DNA of 62,758 bases from positions 1-62,758 of the forward strand of contig JAFGSS010000001.1 in assembly GCA_016934555.1 (NCBI GenBank), read 5' to 3'. Positions 18,796 to 27,712 of the stretch are shown here, in pieces. The position numbers and the translations under genes were made by a program. The notes beneath the pieces were generated by a model that was given only the letters and a program-made list of their open reading frames with translations, searched no databases and was not told the DNA's origin. The DNA is from Acidobacteriota bacterium. Its GTDB lineage: Bacteria > Acidobacteriota > UBA6911. Within the stretch, counting starts at the first letter, position 1. Each line of letters opens with the position of its first letter.

Positions 18796-19026
18796 GGATG
18801 GCCTCCCTGCGGGCCTCCTCCCGGAGCCGCCAGCGCCTGCTGTTTCATGCCCCCGGCGCGGCCGGCATCCGGGATCGAGGACCGACAGGTATTATGCCTG
18901 AATCCGCGTCCGTGCGCCCCCCTCCTTTTGAGCAGGGTGCGCAGCGCCATCTTTGGTAGAATGAAGTCAACGGCAATGTCGCCCCCGGCTTCGACCGAAG
19001 CGTGCGGTCCACACAAAGGAGGCATC

Positions 19027-20172
19027 ATGCATCGTTTCACCCGGCAGCACCTGAACCTTCTGACGGCGCGGCACGAGTCCCCCTGCGTCTCCCTGTATCA
19101 GTCCACTCACCGGCATCGTCCCCTGAACCAGCAGGACCCGGTCCGGTACCGCAACCTGCTCCGGGAGATGGACGCCTCCCTCCGCCGGCTTTACCCGGCG
19201 AGGGACGTGAAGCCGATCCTGGAACCCTTCGAGAAACTCGTCCGCGACGATGTTTTCTGGAACGGGAGGACCGAGGGAATGGCGCTCTTCGCTGCGCCCG
19301 GAATGTTCCAGGCGCTGTACCTGCAGCAGGCGGTCCCCGATCTTCTCATCGTGGCCGACAGCTTTCACATCAAGCCGCTGCTGCGGATCGCGCAGTCTGC
19401 CGACCGCTACCAGGTCCTGTGCCTCACCCGGCGGGAGGCCAGCCTCTACGAGGGGAACCGGGACGCGCTCGATGCGGTGGAACTGAAAAACATGCCCTCG
19501 ACCCTTACCGACGCGCTGGGGGAGGAGTTGACCGAACCGCACCAGACCGTCGCTTCCTACGGACAGGGAAGCGGCGGCACGCCCATGCGCCACGGGCACG
19601 GTTCGAGGAAGGACGAGGTCGACACCGACACCGAGCGGTTCTTCCGCGTCATCGACAGGGGCATCCTGGAACATTACTCGCAGCCTTCCGGCCTCCCCCT
19701 GATGCTGGCCGCGCTGCCCGAGTACCACACGCTGTTCCGATCGGTCAGCCACAATCCCCAGCTCCTGCAGGCGGGGATCACGATCAACCCGGACGCCCTG
19801 ACCCCGGAACAGCTGCGGACCGAATCGTGGCGCAGGATGGAACCGCTCTACCAGAAGCGGATCGACGCCTTGATCCGCGACTACCAGGAGGCGAAGTCCC
19901 GCAGGCAGGGATCAGACGACCTGTCCCTGCTGGCGGCGGCGGCGGCCGAGGGGCGCGTCGCCACGCTCTTGGTCGAGGCACACCGCCAGGTGCCGGGCCG
20001 GATCCTCTCCGGCACCGGCGAGATCAGGGCGAGCGCGATGTCCGACCCGGACACCGATGACGTCCTGGACGATCTGGCCGAACACGTGCTCCGGACGAAG
20101 GGAGAGGTGATCGTCATCCCCGGGGAGGAGATGCCCACCAGGACCGGCGCGGCCGCCATCTACCGTTACTGA
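19027..20172 (+). CDS. Bacterial archaeo-eukaryotic release factor (baeRF)-like protein
   Basis: ATG at 19027 is preceded by AAAGGAGG. The N-terminal PCVSLYQSTHRHRP...VRYRNLLREM and the C-terminal GEVIVIPGEEMPTRTGAAAIYRY resemble the baeRF3/7 families (eRF1/Pelota-like domain ending in an aromatic-rich tail). The 663-aa track ORF from 18181 is an upstream extension across the GNAT gene. Confidence 0.55.
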   Translation: MHRFTRQHLNLLTARHESPCVSLYQSTHRHRPLNQQDPVRYRNLLREMDASLRRLYPARDVKPILEPFEKLVRDDVFWNGRTEGMALFAAPGMFQALYLQQAVPDLLIVADSFHIKPLLRIAQSADRYQVLCLTRREASLYEGNRDALDAVELKNMPSTLTDALGEELTEPHQTVASYGQGSGGTPMRHGHGSRKDEVDTDTERFFRVIDRGILEHYSQPSGLPLMLAALPEYHTLFRSVSHNPQLLQAGITINPDALTPEQLRTESWRRMEPLYQKRIDALIRDYQEAKSRRQGSDDLSLLAAAAAEGRVATLLVEAHRQVPGRILSGTGEIRASAMSDPDTDDVLDDLAEHVLRTKGEVIVIPGEEMPTRTGAAAIYRY

Positions 20173-21164
20173 GGGGGACAGTCACCGGTGTCCCCAAAAT
20201 CGCTCGCGCTGGGGCAGCCGCCCCAGGAGGTCGCGGCGCGGACGGCGCGCAGGATGGCCGTGGCCAGGGCGTCGGCGGCCAGCGCCCCGACCGTGCCGGC
20301 GTCGGCGGTGCGCCCCAGGGTTCCGGTAGCGAGGGCGAAGACGGTGTCCCCGTCCCAGGGCATGTGCGCGGGGCGGATGCAGCGCGCCAGGGCGTCCTGG
20401 GCCATCCGGGCGACGCGGGTGCAGCCCGATTTCGACAGGTCCGCGTTGGTGGCGACGACCGCGAGCAGCGTGTTCCCTGCGCCGGGGGGAGGGGGCTCCT
20501 CCCCCCGGCGCAGCGCCTCCATGCTGTCGGCCAGTCCCCTGCCGTCGGGCGTTCGGGCACCGGCGAGAATCCGGCCCGAACCGGGATCGACGACGTCGCC
20601 GAAGGAATTGACGGCCGCCAGGGCGCCCACCTTCAGCCCGTCCGGGCGCTCGACCGACCACGACCCGAGCCCCCCGCGCATGGCGCGGGCGGGACCGAAC
20701 ATCTTCCCCACCGTGGCGCCGGCGCCCGCCCCCACATTCCCCTCCCCGACCGGATCAGTGCCGGCTGACTGCATGGCGGCGTATCCCGCCGCTGCGTCCG
20801 GGCGGATCCTGCCGTCCCCCAGCTGGAGATCGAAGAGAATGGCGCCGCAGACGATGGGGACCCGGACCTCACCGGCGGCGAAACCGCGCCCCTGCTCTTC
20901 GAGCCAGCGCATGATTCCGGTCGCCGCCTCGAGCCCGAACGCGCTCCCCCCCGCCAGGAAGACCGCGTCGACCCGCCCGACGCTGTTTTCGGGGCGCAGC
21001 AGCTCCAGTTCCCGGCTGCCCGGGGCGCCCCCCCGGACATCGACCCCGGCCGCAAAAGGCCGGTCCGCAAGGATGACGGTACAGCCCGTGGGACGGCCCG
21101 TGCAGGTATAGTGCCCCACCCTGAGGCCGTCGATGTCGGTCAGCGAACGCGTCCTCCGGTTCAT
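20166..21164 (-). CDS. P1/S58 family peptidase (DmpA / L-aminopeptidase-D-esterase-like)
   Basis: GLRVGHYT...TGCTVIL...GGAPGSRE...AVFLAGGSAFGLEAATG...NTLLAVVATNA...GDTVFALATG. ATG at 21164. Confidence 0.85.
   Translation of the reverse strand: MNRRTRSLTDIDGLRVGHYTCTGRPTGCTVILADRPFAAGVDVRGGAPGSRELELLRPENSVGRVDAVFLAGGSAFGLEAATGIMRWLEEQGRGFAAGEVRVPIVCGAILFDLQLGDGRIRPDAAAGYAAMQSAGTDPVGEGNVGAGAGATVGKMFGPARAMRGGLGSWSVERPDGLKVGALAAVNSFGDVVDPGSGRILAGARTPDGRGLADSMEALRRGEEPPPPGAGNTLLAVVATNADLSKSGCTRVARMAQDALARCIRPAHMPWDGDTVFALATGTLGRTADAGTVGALAADALATAILRAVRAATSWGGCPSASDFGDTGDCPPQ
20173..20195. repeat. Palindromic repeat element copy B (GGGGGACAGTCACCGGTGTCCCC)
   Basis: It starts 1 nt after the baeRF TGA (20170-20172) and lies inside the last ~10 codons (DFGDTGDCPPQ) of the convergent DmpA-like ORF. 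Confidence 0.7.
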
Positions 21165-21373
21165 GGATGCCCCCCGGCCGGCCGAATGTCCGGGATCGCC
21201 CCGAAAACGATATTCGGAACGGTGTGACGCCGGCCACACCCTATTATGCATAATTCCCTTAGTTTTTTAAGGTTGTACGGTGATTTGACCCGCTGTTTTT
21301 GGTAGATTACTGGGGTTCCATCACAAGTCGGCGTGCGGGGCGCGGGCGGGGGACCATTTTCCAATCATCAGGC

Positions 21374-23428
21374 ATGGACGGAATGCAGGAGATCAGACGC
21401 ATTCTTCTGACCGGCGGCGGAACCGCGGGTCATGTCAACCCGGCGCTGGCCATCGGATCGGCCCTTGATTCCGGGAAAACCCGTTTCCTTTTTGTCGGGG
21501 TCAGGGGAAGGATCGAGGAGCAGGTCGTCCCGCGCGAGGGGATGCCGATAAAGTACGTCCGGGCCTCCGGTTTCCCCGGCACCCTCTCCCCCGCCCTCCT
21601 CCCCTTTCTGGCCAACCTGTCGATCGGCATCCTGCAGTCTCTCTGGATCCTCTACCGGTTCCGCCCCGACGTCATCGTGGGGACCGGGGGCTACGTCTCC
21701 GCCCCCATCGTCATGGCCGCCGCGGTGCTCCGGAAACTGCGCCTCAGCCATGCCCGCGTCTTCATCCACGAGCAGAACGCGGTCCCGGGCAAACTGAACC
21801 AGCTGATGGGACGATTCGCCGACCGCATTCTGGTCACCTTCCCCGAGACCCTCTCCTTCTTCCCCGCCAACGGGGCGCTGGCGGGCTACCCGCTGCGGAG
21901 GCGCATCGCCGCGGTCGGCCGGGAGGAGGCGCTGAAAAAGATCGATTTCCCCATTCCGGAGCACCGCAAGGTGGTCCTGGTCTTCGGGGGAAGCCAGGGG
22001 TCGCGGACCATCAACCGGGCCCTCGTCGACGCGCTCCGGCACCTCCTCCCCTTCCGCGACCGCCTCTTCATCGTCCACGGCACCGGGTTGATGAAAAGCC
22101 GTCAATACGACGCCTCCGCCGACACCGAGGCGAGGGTGCGCCGCCTGTACGAAGGGGAGGAGCTCGGGCAGATCGAGTCCTTCTACCTTCATCGTCCCTA
22201 TTTTTACAATATCGAAAACCTGTACGCGGTGAGCGATCTCGTGATCGCCCGCGCCGGTGCCGGGAGCCTCAACGAGATCTCGGCCATGGGGCTCCCGGCC
22301 CTCATCATCCCCAAGTCCAATCTCCCCGGGAACCACCAGGTGATGAACGCACGCAGCATGGAACGGGCGGGGGGAGCCGAAATCCTCTACGAACAGATCG
22401 CGCCGGTCGACGGCAGGCTCGATGAATGGCTCGACGGCAAGGCCCTGGCGGAGGCGATCGCCTCGCTGGCGCTGGACGACGACCGGCTGGAGCGCCTGCG
22501 GCACCGGAGCCGCGAGTTCCTCAACCGGGATGCGCTCGGCAGGATCGCCCGCATCATCCGCGCCGAGGACGCCGGGGAGACCGAAGCCGCGCCCGGCGCC
22601 CCCCTCCCCGGAACGGGGCCGGAGGAGGAGCGCCTTCCCGGCAACCGCGCGCTGCTGTTGCTGCTGGAAAAGGCGGAGCGCTCGCACCCCCATCTCTACA
22701 ACCCGGAAACCGTCGTCGGGCGCCCGCAGGACCTGGAATTTTACAGGAACCGGGCCAGCGCGCTGCTGATCCACCCCTCCTGGCCCGAACGCAACCTGGG
22801 AGTCAAGCTCCTGGGACTGCTGCACGCGCGCGAAAAAGCGCCGGCGCTGGTGACCCTGCTCAGGGAGCGAAAGCAGGCCTCTCTCCTGAAGCGTTGCCTG
22901 GGCGGGGATTTCGAACAGGTCGGCTTCATCCGGCGCAACATCGTCACCGCCCTGGTCCGGATGGACGCGCTCGACGAGGGAATCGAGGCGGCGCTGCTCG
23001 AGGCCCTGGGAGACCCCTACTACGAGGTCCAGGCCGAAGCCGCCCGTGCCGCCGCCCACTTCGGGAGCCGCCTCCCGAGCCGCGAGCGCTTCGTGTGCGC
23101 GCTGCTTGAAAATCTCAAGGACAGGAACCTGGACGTCAGCACCGCGGCCGCGGAGGCCCTCGGCGTCATCGGCGGCGAGCGGGACGCACTCCCCGCGCTC
23201 CTTAAGCTGTGGGACACCCGGTTCTGGAAGATGCGGGCGGCGGCCCTCCGCGGCCTCTATCTCCTGGTCGAGCGGGGGGAGGTGTCCGACCCCAAGGCGC
23301 TCGAAACGGAAATCCCCAGGTTCATTCTGACTTCGACCGACTTCCGGCCCCATTTTGAGATAAAATCGACCTACCGGCGCCTCATGGAATCCCTTTCCAG
23401 GACAAAGGAGAAGGGTCTTCGGCCATGA
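21374..23428 (+). CDS. murG: MurG-type glycosyltransferase (lipid I to lipid II) with ~290-aa C-terminal HEAT-repeat extension
   Basis: The MurG core shows ILLTGGGTAGHVNPALAIG, GGSQGSRTIN, ARAGAGSLNEISAMGLPALIIP and NHQVMNA. The C-terminal part has HEAT/PBS-lyase-like repeats (DPYYEVQAEAARAAAHFG, DRNLDVSTAAAEALGVIGG, FWKMRAAALRGL). The stop overlaps the mraY ATG (ATGA). Confidence 0.8.
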   Translation: MDGMQEIRRILLTGGGTAGHVNPALAIGSALDSGKTRFLFVGVRGRIEEQVVPREGMPIKYVRASGFPGTLSPALLPFLANLSIGILQSLWILYRFRPDVIVGTGGYVSAPIVMAAAVLRKLRLSHARVFIHEQNAVPGKLNQLMGRFADRILVTFPETLSFFPANGALAGYPLRRRIAAVGREEALKKIDFPIPEHRKVVLVFGGSQGSRTINRALVDALRHLLPFRDRLFIVHGTGLMKSRQYDASADTEARVRRLYEGEELGQIESFYLHRPYFYNIENLYAVSDLVIARAGAGSLNEISAMGLPALIIPKSNLPGNHQVMNARSMERAGGAEILYEQIAPVDGRLDEWLDGKALAEAIASLALDDDRLERLRHRSREFLNRDALGRIARIIRAEDAGETEAAPGAPLPGTGPEEERLPGNRALLLLLEKAERSHPHLYNPETVVGRPQDLEFYRNRASALLIHPSWPERNLGVKLLGLLHAREKAPALVTLLRERKQASLLKRCLGGDFEQVGFIRRNIVTALVRMDALDEGIEAALLEALGDPYYEVQAEAARAAAHFGSRLPSRERFVCALLENLKDRNLDVSTAAAEALGVIGGERDALPALLKLWDTRFWKMRAAALRGLYLLVERGEVSDPKALETEIPRFILTSTDFRPHFEIKSTYRRLMESLSRTKEKGLRP

Positions 23429-24531
23429 TCTATCTTCTCGGAAAATACCTCCACCCCAACTTTGAGCCCTTCTCCTTCCTGCGCCTGGTGGAGTACATCT
23501 CGGCCAGGGCCATCGGCGCCGCACTGACGGCCATCATCCTGACGCTCGCGCTGACGCCGCTCGTGATCCGGTACCTGCACCGCAGGGGCATGGTGGACCA
23601 GTGGCGGAACACGGGGGTCTCCTCCGCTTTCGACAAGGCGGGGACCCCGGCGATGGGGGGCGCCATCGTCGCCGGGTGCGTCCTGGTCTCCTGCCTGCTC
23701 TGGTGCAACATGTCCAACCTGTACCTCCTGGCGGTGCTCGCGGGAATGGTCTGGTTCGGCGGGATCGGTCTGGTGGACGATATCGCCAAAACGAAGGCGC
23801 GCTCGGGCGACGGGGGGATGAGCGAGACCAAAAAACTGCTGCTGCAGGCGACGTTCGCCGCTGGGCTGGCGCTCTTTCTGGCCAGCCCCTGGTCGCCGCT
23901 GCCGGCCGGTCACGCGGGCGCCTTCTACGTCCCGTTCGTCAAGGCCCCTTTGTTTGCTTCCCTCTGGCTGTACCTCCCCATCGTCTTCTTTTTCGTGGTG
24001 GTGGTGGGGAACGCGGTGAACATCGCCGACGGGATGGACGGCCTGGCCATCGTCCCCTCGGTCTTCGCCATCGGGGTGCTGGGCTTTTTCGGCTACCTCC
24101 TCGGCAACGCCATCTGGGCCCGGTACCTCAACTATCCCTTTTACCCGGGGACGGGGGAACTCGCGGTCTTCGCTTCCGCCTTCGCCGGGGCGGGCATCGG
24201 CTTTCTCTGGTTCAACGCCTACCCGGCCCAGATCTTCATGGGGGACACCGGGTCGATGGCCATCGGCGGCTCGATCGCGGTGCTTTCGGTGATGTTGAAG
24301 CAGGAAGCCCTCTTCCTGATCCTCGGCGGCCTTTTCGTGGCCGAGGCCGCCACGTCGCAGATCCAGGACAAGATCGGGATCCGGTGGCTCGGCCGCCGGA
24401 TATTCATGCGGGCGCCGCTGCACCACGCCATGCAGCACAACGGGCTGGCCGAGACCAAGGTGGTGATCCGGCTCTGGATCGTCTCGGGGATCCTGGCCCT
24501 GGCCGCCCTGGCGACCCTGAAACTGCGCTGA
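23425..24531 (+). CDS. mraY: Phospho-N-acetylmuramoyl-pentapeptide transferase
   Basis: GTPAMGG, LVDD, NAVNIADGMDGLA, FMGDTGSMAIGG, RAPLHH, and C-terminal LATLKLR. About 10 TM helices. Confidence 0.95.
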   Translation: MIYLLGKYLHPNFEPFSFLRLVEYISARAIGAALTAIILTLALTPLVIRYLHRRGMVDQWRNTGVSSAFDKAGTPAMGGAIVAGCVLVSCLLWCNMSNLYLLAVLAGMVWFGGIGLVDDIAKTKARSGDGGMSETKKLLLQATFAAGLALFLASPWSPLPAGHAGAFYVPFVKAPLFASLWLYLPIVFFFVVVVGNAVNIADGMDGLAIVPSVFAIGVLGFFGYLLGNAIWARYLNYPFYPGTGELAVFASAFAGAGIGFLWFNAYPAQIFMGDTGSMAIGGSIAVLSVMLKQEALFLILGGLFVAEAATSQIQDKIGIRWLGRRIFMRAPLHHAMQHNGLAETKVVIRLWIVSGILALAALATLKLR

Positions 24532-24534
24532 CCC

Positions 24535-26172
24535 ATGCCGACCGACAGATCCCCCTCGCAGGCCCCTGCCCCGCCGGACCTGTCGCCCCCGGGGCAGGCG
24601 GGTTCGGGCCGAAACGCCCTCCTGGTGGGGTCCGGGATCCTGTCGAGCCGCATCGTCGGGCTGATACGGGAGCGCATCTTCGCCCACTACTTCGGCAACT
24701 CGGCCGCCGCCGACGCGTTCAAGGCCGCGCTGAAGATCCCCAACATCCTGCAGAACCTTTTCGGGGAAGGGGCGCTCTCCTCCTCCTTCATCCCGGTCTA
24801 TGCCCGCCTGCTGGCCTCCGGAGACCGCCGCGAGGCCGCCCGCGTCGCGCGCGTCGTCGGGTCGCTCCTCGCACTCGCCATGTCGCTGCTGGTGCTGGTC
24901 GGGATGCTGGCGACCCCGCTGCTGATCGATCTCATCGCCCCGGGGTTCGCGGGGGAAAAGCGGGAGGCCACGATCCGCATGGTGCGCATCGTTTTCCCCG
25001 GCATCGGCCTGCTCGTGCTCTCGGCCTGGTGCCTCGGGATCCTGAACAGCCACCGCCGCTTCTTCCTCCCCTACGCGGCGCCGGTGCTCTGGAACCTGGC
25101 GATGATCGGGACCCTGGTCGGGTTCGGCGGGCGGGAGGACACCTACCGCCTGGCGGAATACCTGGCCTGGGGTTCGGTCGCCGGAAGCCTCCTGCAGTTC
25201 GGCGTGCAGCTTCCGGCGGTCCTGCGCCTCGCCGGGGAAATCCATTTCCAGTGGGACATCGCATCGGCCCAGGTGCGTACCGTCATCCGCAACTTCATCC
25301 CCGGCATGGCCACCCGCGGGGTCAACCAGGTGAGCAGCGCCATAGACACCATCCTGGCCAGTTTCCTGCCGACGGGGGCCGTGGCCGCGCTGGCCTACAC
25401 CCAGACCCTCTACCTCATCCCGGTCAGCCTGTTCGGCATGTCCATCTCGAACGCCGAACTGCCTGAAATGTCCAGCCAGCTGGGCGAGCGGGATACCGTG
25501 GCGGAGGGTTTGCGCCTCCGCCTGGACAGGGCGCTCGGGCGCGTCGCCTTTTTCGTGGTCCCCTCGGCCGCGGCCTTCCTGGCGCTCGGCGACAGCATCA
25601 TCGGGCTCCTCTACCAGACCGGGGAATTCACCGTCGAGGACACGCGCTTCGTCTGGGCGGTGCTGGCCGGGTATACGACGGGGCTGCTGGCGGCGACCCT
25701 GGGGCGCCTGTACACCTCGGTCTTCTGGGCGCTGGGGGACACCCGGACCCCGCTTCGGTGCGCCGCGATCCGGATCTCGACGGCGGCGGGGCTGGGATGG
25801 TTTCTGGCTTTCCCGGTCCCCGCCTGGCTCGGCCTCCCCGCCCGGGCGGGGCTCGTGGGGCTCACGGCGGCGGCGGGGCTCGCGGCCTGGGTGGAATTCT
25901 CGCTGCTGCGCCGGGCCCTCATCCGGCGTATCGGCCGGGTCCGCCTGGCCCTCCCCCATGTCGTTCGGCTGTGGGGGGCCGCGCTGGCCGCCGCGGCCGC
26001 GGCGTTCGCTCTCAAATTGTGGCTGCGCGAGCTGCCGCCCTATATTTCGGGCTCCCTGGTCCTGGCCGTGTTCGGGTCCCTCTACCTGGCCGGGGCGGCC
26101 GCACTGGGGATGCCGGATGCGGTCCGGATCGTCCGGGCGGTGCGAAAAAGGATGCCGTTCCGGGCCGCCTAA
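24535..26172 (+). CDS. murJ: Lipid II flippase MurJ (MviN)
   Basis: SRIVGLIRERIFAHYFGNSAAADAFKAALKIPNILQNLFGEGALSSSFIPVY is the hallmark MurJ N-terminus. The protein is polytopic. It starts 3 nt after the mraY stop. Confidence 0.9.
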   Translation: MPTDRSPSQAPAPPDLSPPGQAGSGRNALLVGSGILSSRIVGLIRERIFAHYFGNSAAADAFKAALKIPNILQNLFGEGALSSSFIPVYARLLASGDRREAARVARVVGSLLALAMSLLVLVGMLATPLLIDLIAPGFAGEKREATIRMVRIVFPGIGLLVLSAWCLGILNSHRRFFLPYAAPVLWNLAMIGTLVGFGGREDTYRLAEYLAWGSVAGSLLQFGVQLPAVLRLAGEIHFQWDIASAQVRTVIRNFIPGMATRGVNQVSSAIDTILASFLPTGAVAALAYTQTLYLIPVSLFGMSISNAELPEMSSQLGERDTVAEGLRLRLDRALGRVAFFVVPSAAAFLALGDSIIGLLYQTGEFTVEDTRFVWAVLAGYTTGLLAATLGRLYTSVFWALGDTRTPLRCAAIRISTAAGLGWFLAFPVPAWLGLPARAGLVGLTAAAGLAAWVEFSLLRRALIRRIGRVRLALPHVVRLWGAALAAAAAAFALKLWLRELPPYISGSLVLAVFGSLYLAGAAALGMPDAVRIVRAVRKRMPFRAA

Positions 26173-26723
26173 CCCTCTTTGAGCCTGGCCCGCAGCCGCC
26201 GGAACTCCTCGGTGCCGGCGCGGCGCAGCCATTCGTAGACCACCGACTCGGCCGTCGTGATGGTGATGCCTGAACGGCCCAGCCGCTCCACGCCGAGCTG
26301 GAAATCCATCGACCTCCGGGAGGAGGTGGCATCGGCCGCGACAAAGACACTCTCCCCCTGGAAATCGAGCTCCAGCGCCGTCTGGGCCACGCACACGTGG
26401 GTTTCGATCCCCGCCAGCACGATCTGGTTGCGCCCGAGCTCGTAAAGATGCTCGCTGAACCCGGGGCTGGAGACGCAGCTGAAATGAATTTTTTCCAGCG
26501 GCCGCGTCCCCGGGAGCAGCTCCCGGATCTCCCCGATGGTGGGACCGAGTCCCGCGGGGTACTGCTCGGTAAGAACGACCGGGATTTCAAACGTGTTCGC
26601 CGCCGCGATCAGCAGATCGATCTTCCGCAGCACCCGCTCATGGTCGAAGACGGCGGGAAAGAGCTTTTCCTGCACATCGATGACCACCAGCACGCTGCGC
26701 CCGCAGTCCAGAAGTTCCGACAT
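26169..26723 (-). CDS. Isochorismatase-family hydrolase
   Basis: VLVVIDVQEKLF...VVLTEQYP...IVLAGIETHVCVAQTALEL contains the catalytic Cys motif. Confidence 0.85.
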   Translation of the reverse strand: MSELLDCGRSVLVVIDVQEKLFPAVFDHERVLRKIDLLIAAANTFEIPVVLTEQYPAGLGPTIGEIRELLPGTRPLEKIHFSCVSSPGFSEHLYELGRNQIVLAGIETHVCVAQTALELDFQGESVFVAADATSSRRSMDFQLGVERLGRSGITITTAESVVYEWLRRAGTEEFRRLRARLKEG

Positions 26724-26838
26724 CCCCTCCCCCTTTTTTTATATCGCCCCGTTTCCATCGAAAATACCACATATGCCCGGCGGCGGGTGACAAAAGGGGA
26801 GGGATGGATTACTCTGTCCCTTTACAAGGAGGATCCCC

Positions 26839-27585
26839 GTGAAAAAAATCGTACTGCTGAGGCATGGAGAGAGCGTCTGGAACCGCGAGAACCTTTTCAC
26901 CGGCTGGACGGACGTGGACCTGAGCCAGCAGGGGACCAGGGAGGCCGTCGAAGCCGGCCGCCTGCTCCGTGCCGAAGGCTACGTCTTCGATCAGGCATTC
27001 ACCTCCGTGCTGAAACGGGCGATCAGGACGCTCTGGCTGGTGCTGGAGGAAATGGACCTCTGCTGGATTCCCGTCTTCAACAGTTGGCGGTTGAACGAGC
27101 GGCACTACGGCGCCCTGCAGGGGCTCAACAAGGTGGCCACGGCCGAGAAGTTCGGGGCGGAACAGGTCCACGTGTGGCGCCGCTCCTACGACATCCGTCC
27201 CCCGGAGCTCGATCCGGAGGACGAGCGCTCCCCGGCACGCGACCCGCGCTACGCCGGACTGGACCCGGGGGAGATCCCCATGGCCGAGTGCCTCAAGGAT
27301 ACGGTCGGACGCGTCCTCCCCTTCTGGCACGAGACGATCGTTCCGGCCGTCCGCTCAGGACGGCGCGTGCTGGTGTCGGCTCACGGCAACAGCCTGCGCG
27401 CCCTGGTTAAATACCTGGACGACATGCCGGAGGCCGAGATCGTGGGACTGAACATCCCCACCGGGATCCCGATGGTGTACGAATTCACCGACGACATGGC
27501 CCCCATCCGCCGTTACTACCTGGGAGACCCGGAAGCCGCCCGGAAGGCGGCCGAGGCGGTGGCAAACCAGGCGAAGAAGATTTGA
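26839..27585 (+). CDS. gpmA: 2,3-bisphosphoglycerate-dependent phosphoglycerate mutase
   Basis: GTG start after [44 protein letters not shown] and [10 protein letters not shown]. Confidence 0.95.
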   Translation: MKKIVLLRHGESVWNRENLFTGWTDVDLSQQGTREAVEAGRLLRAEGYVFDQAFTSVLKRAIRTLWLVLEEMDLCWIPVFNSWRLNERHYGALQGLNKVATAEKFGAEQVHVWRRSYDIRPPELDPEDERSPARDPRYAGLDPGEIPMAECLKDTVGRVLPFWHETIVPAVRSGRRVLVSAHGNSLRALVKYLDDMPEAEIVGLNIPTGIPMVYEFTDDMAPIRRYYLGDPEAARKAAEAVANQAKKI

Positions 27586-27588
27586 CGA

Positions 27589-27616
27589 TTTACGAACGGA
27601 AAAAATTGTGTAATAT
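27589..27616 (+). promoter_or_regulatory. Sigma70-like promoter candidate upstream of the ferredoxin gene
   Basis: TTTACG (27589-27594), a 16-nt spacer, then TAATAT (27611-27616), in an AT-rich intergenic patch. Confidence 0.3.
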
Positions 27617-27712
27617 CATTTCGCGGACAATGGAGGCCGCATGCGGGGCCGAGCCCCCCGTGCCCGGCCTTGCGGTTCCAATCGGCGGCAAACATACAAG
27701 GAGAGAGCGTTT

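Noticed and set aside
18181-19026. N-terminal extension of the baeRF ORF (the track start is 18181)
   Set aside because: The extension runs through the end of top6A and the whole antisense strand of the GNAT gene. A strong AAAGGAGG RBS precedes the ATG at 19027, where the conserved N-terminal block begins.
21285-21308. TTTGGTAGATT upstream of murG and the similar TTTGGTAGAAT at 18952-18962 upstream of baeRF, each about 65 nt before its start codon, as a shared extended -10 promoter motif
   Set aside because: There are only two instances, and neither has a properly spaced -35 element. That is too little evidence for a feature call. A genome-wide motif search would be worthwhile.
23371-26394. 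A 1007-aa minus-strand ORF spanning mraY and murJ
   Set aside because: It is antisense to two unmistakable membrane-protein genes. The translation is dominated by R/G/P/E/D runs with no family resemblance.
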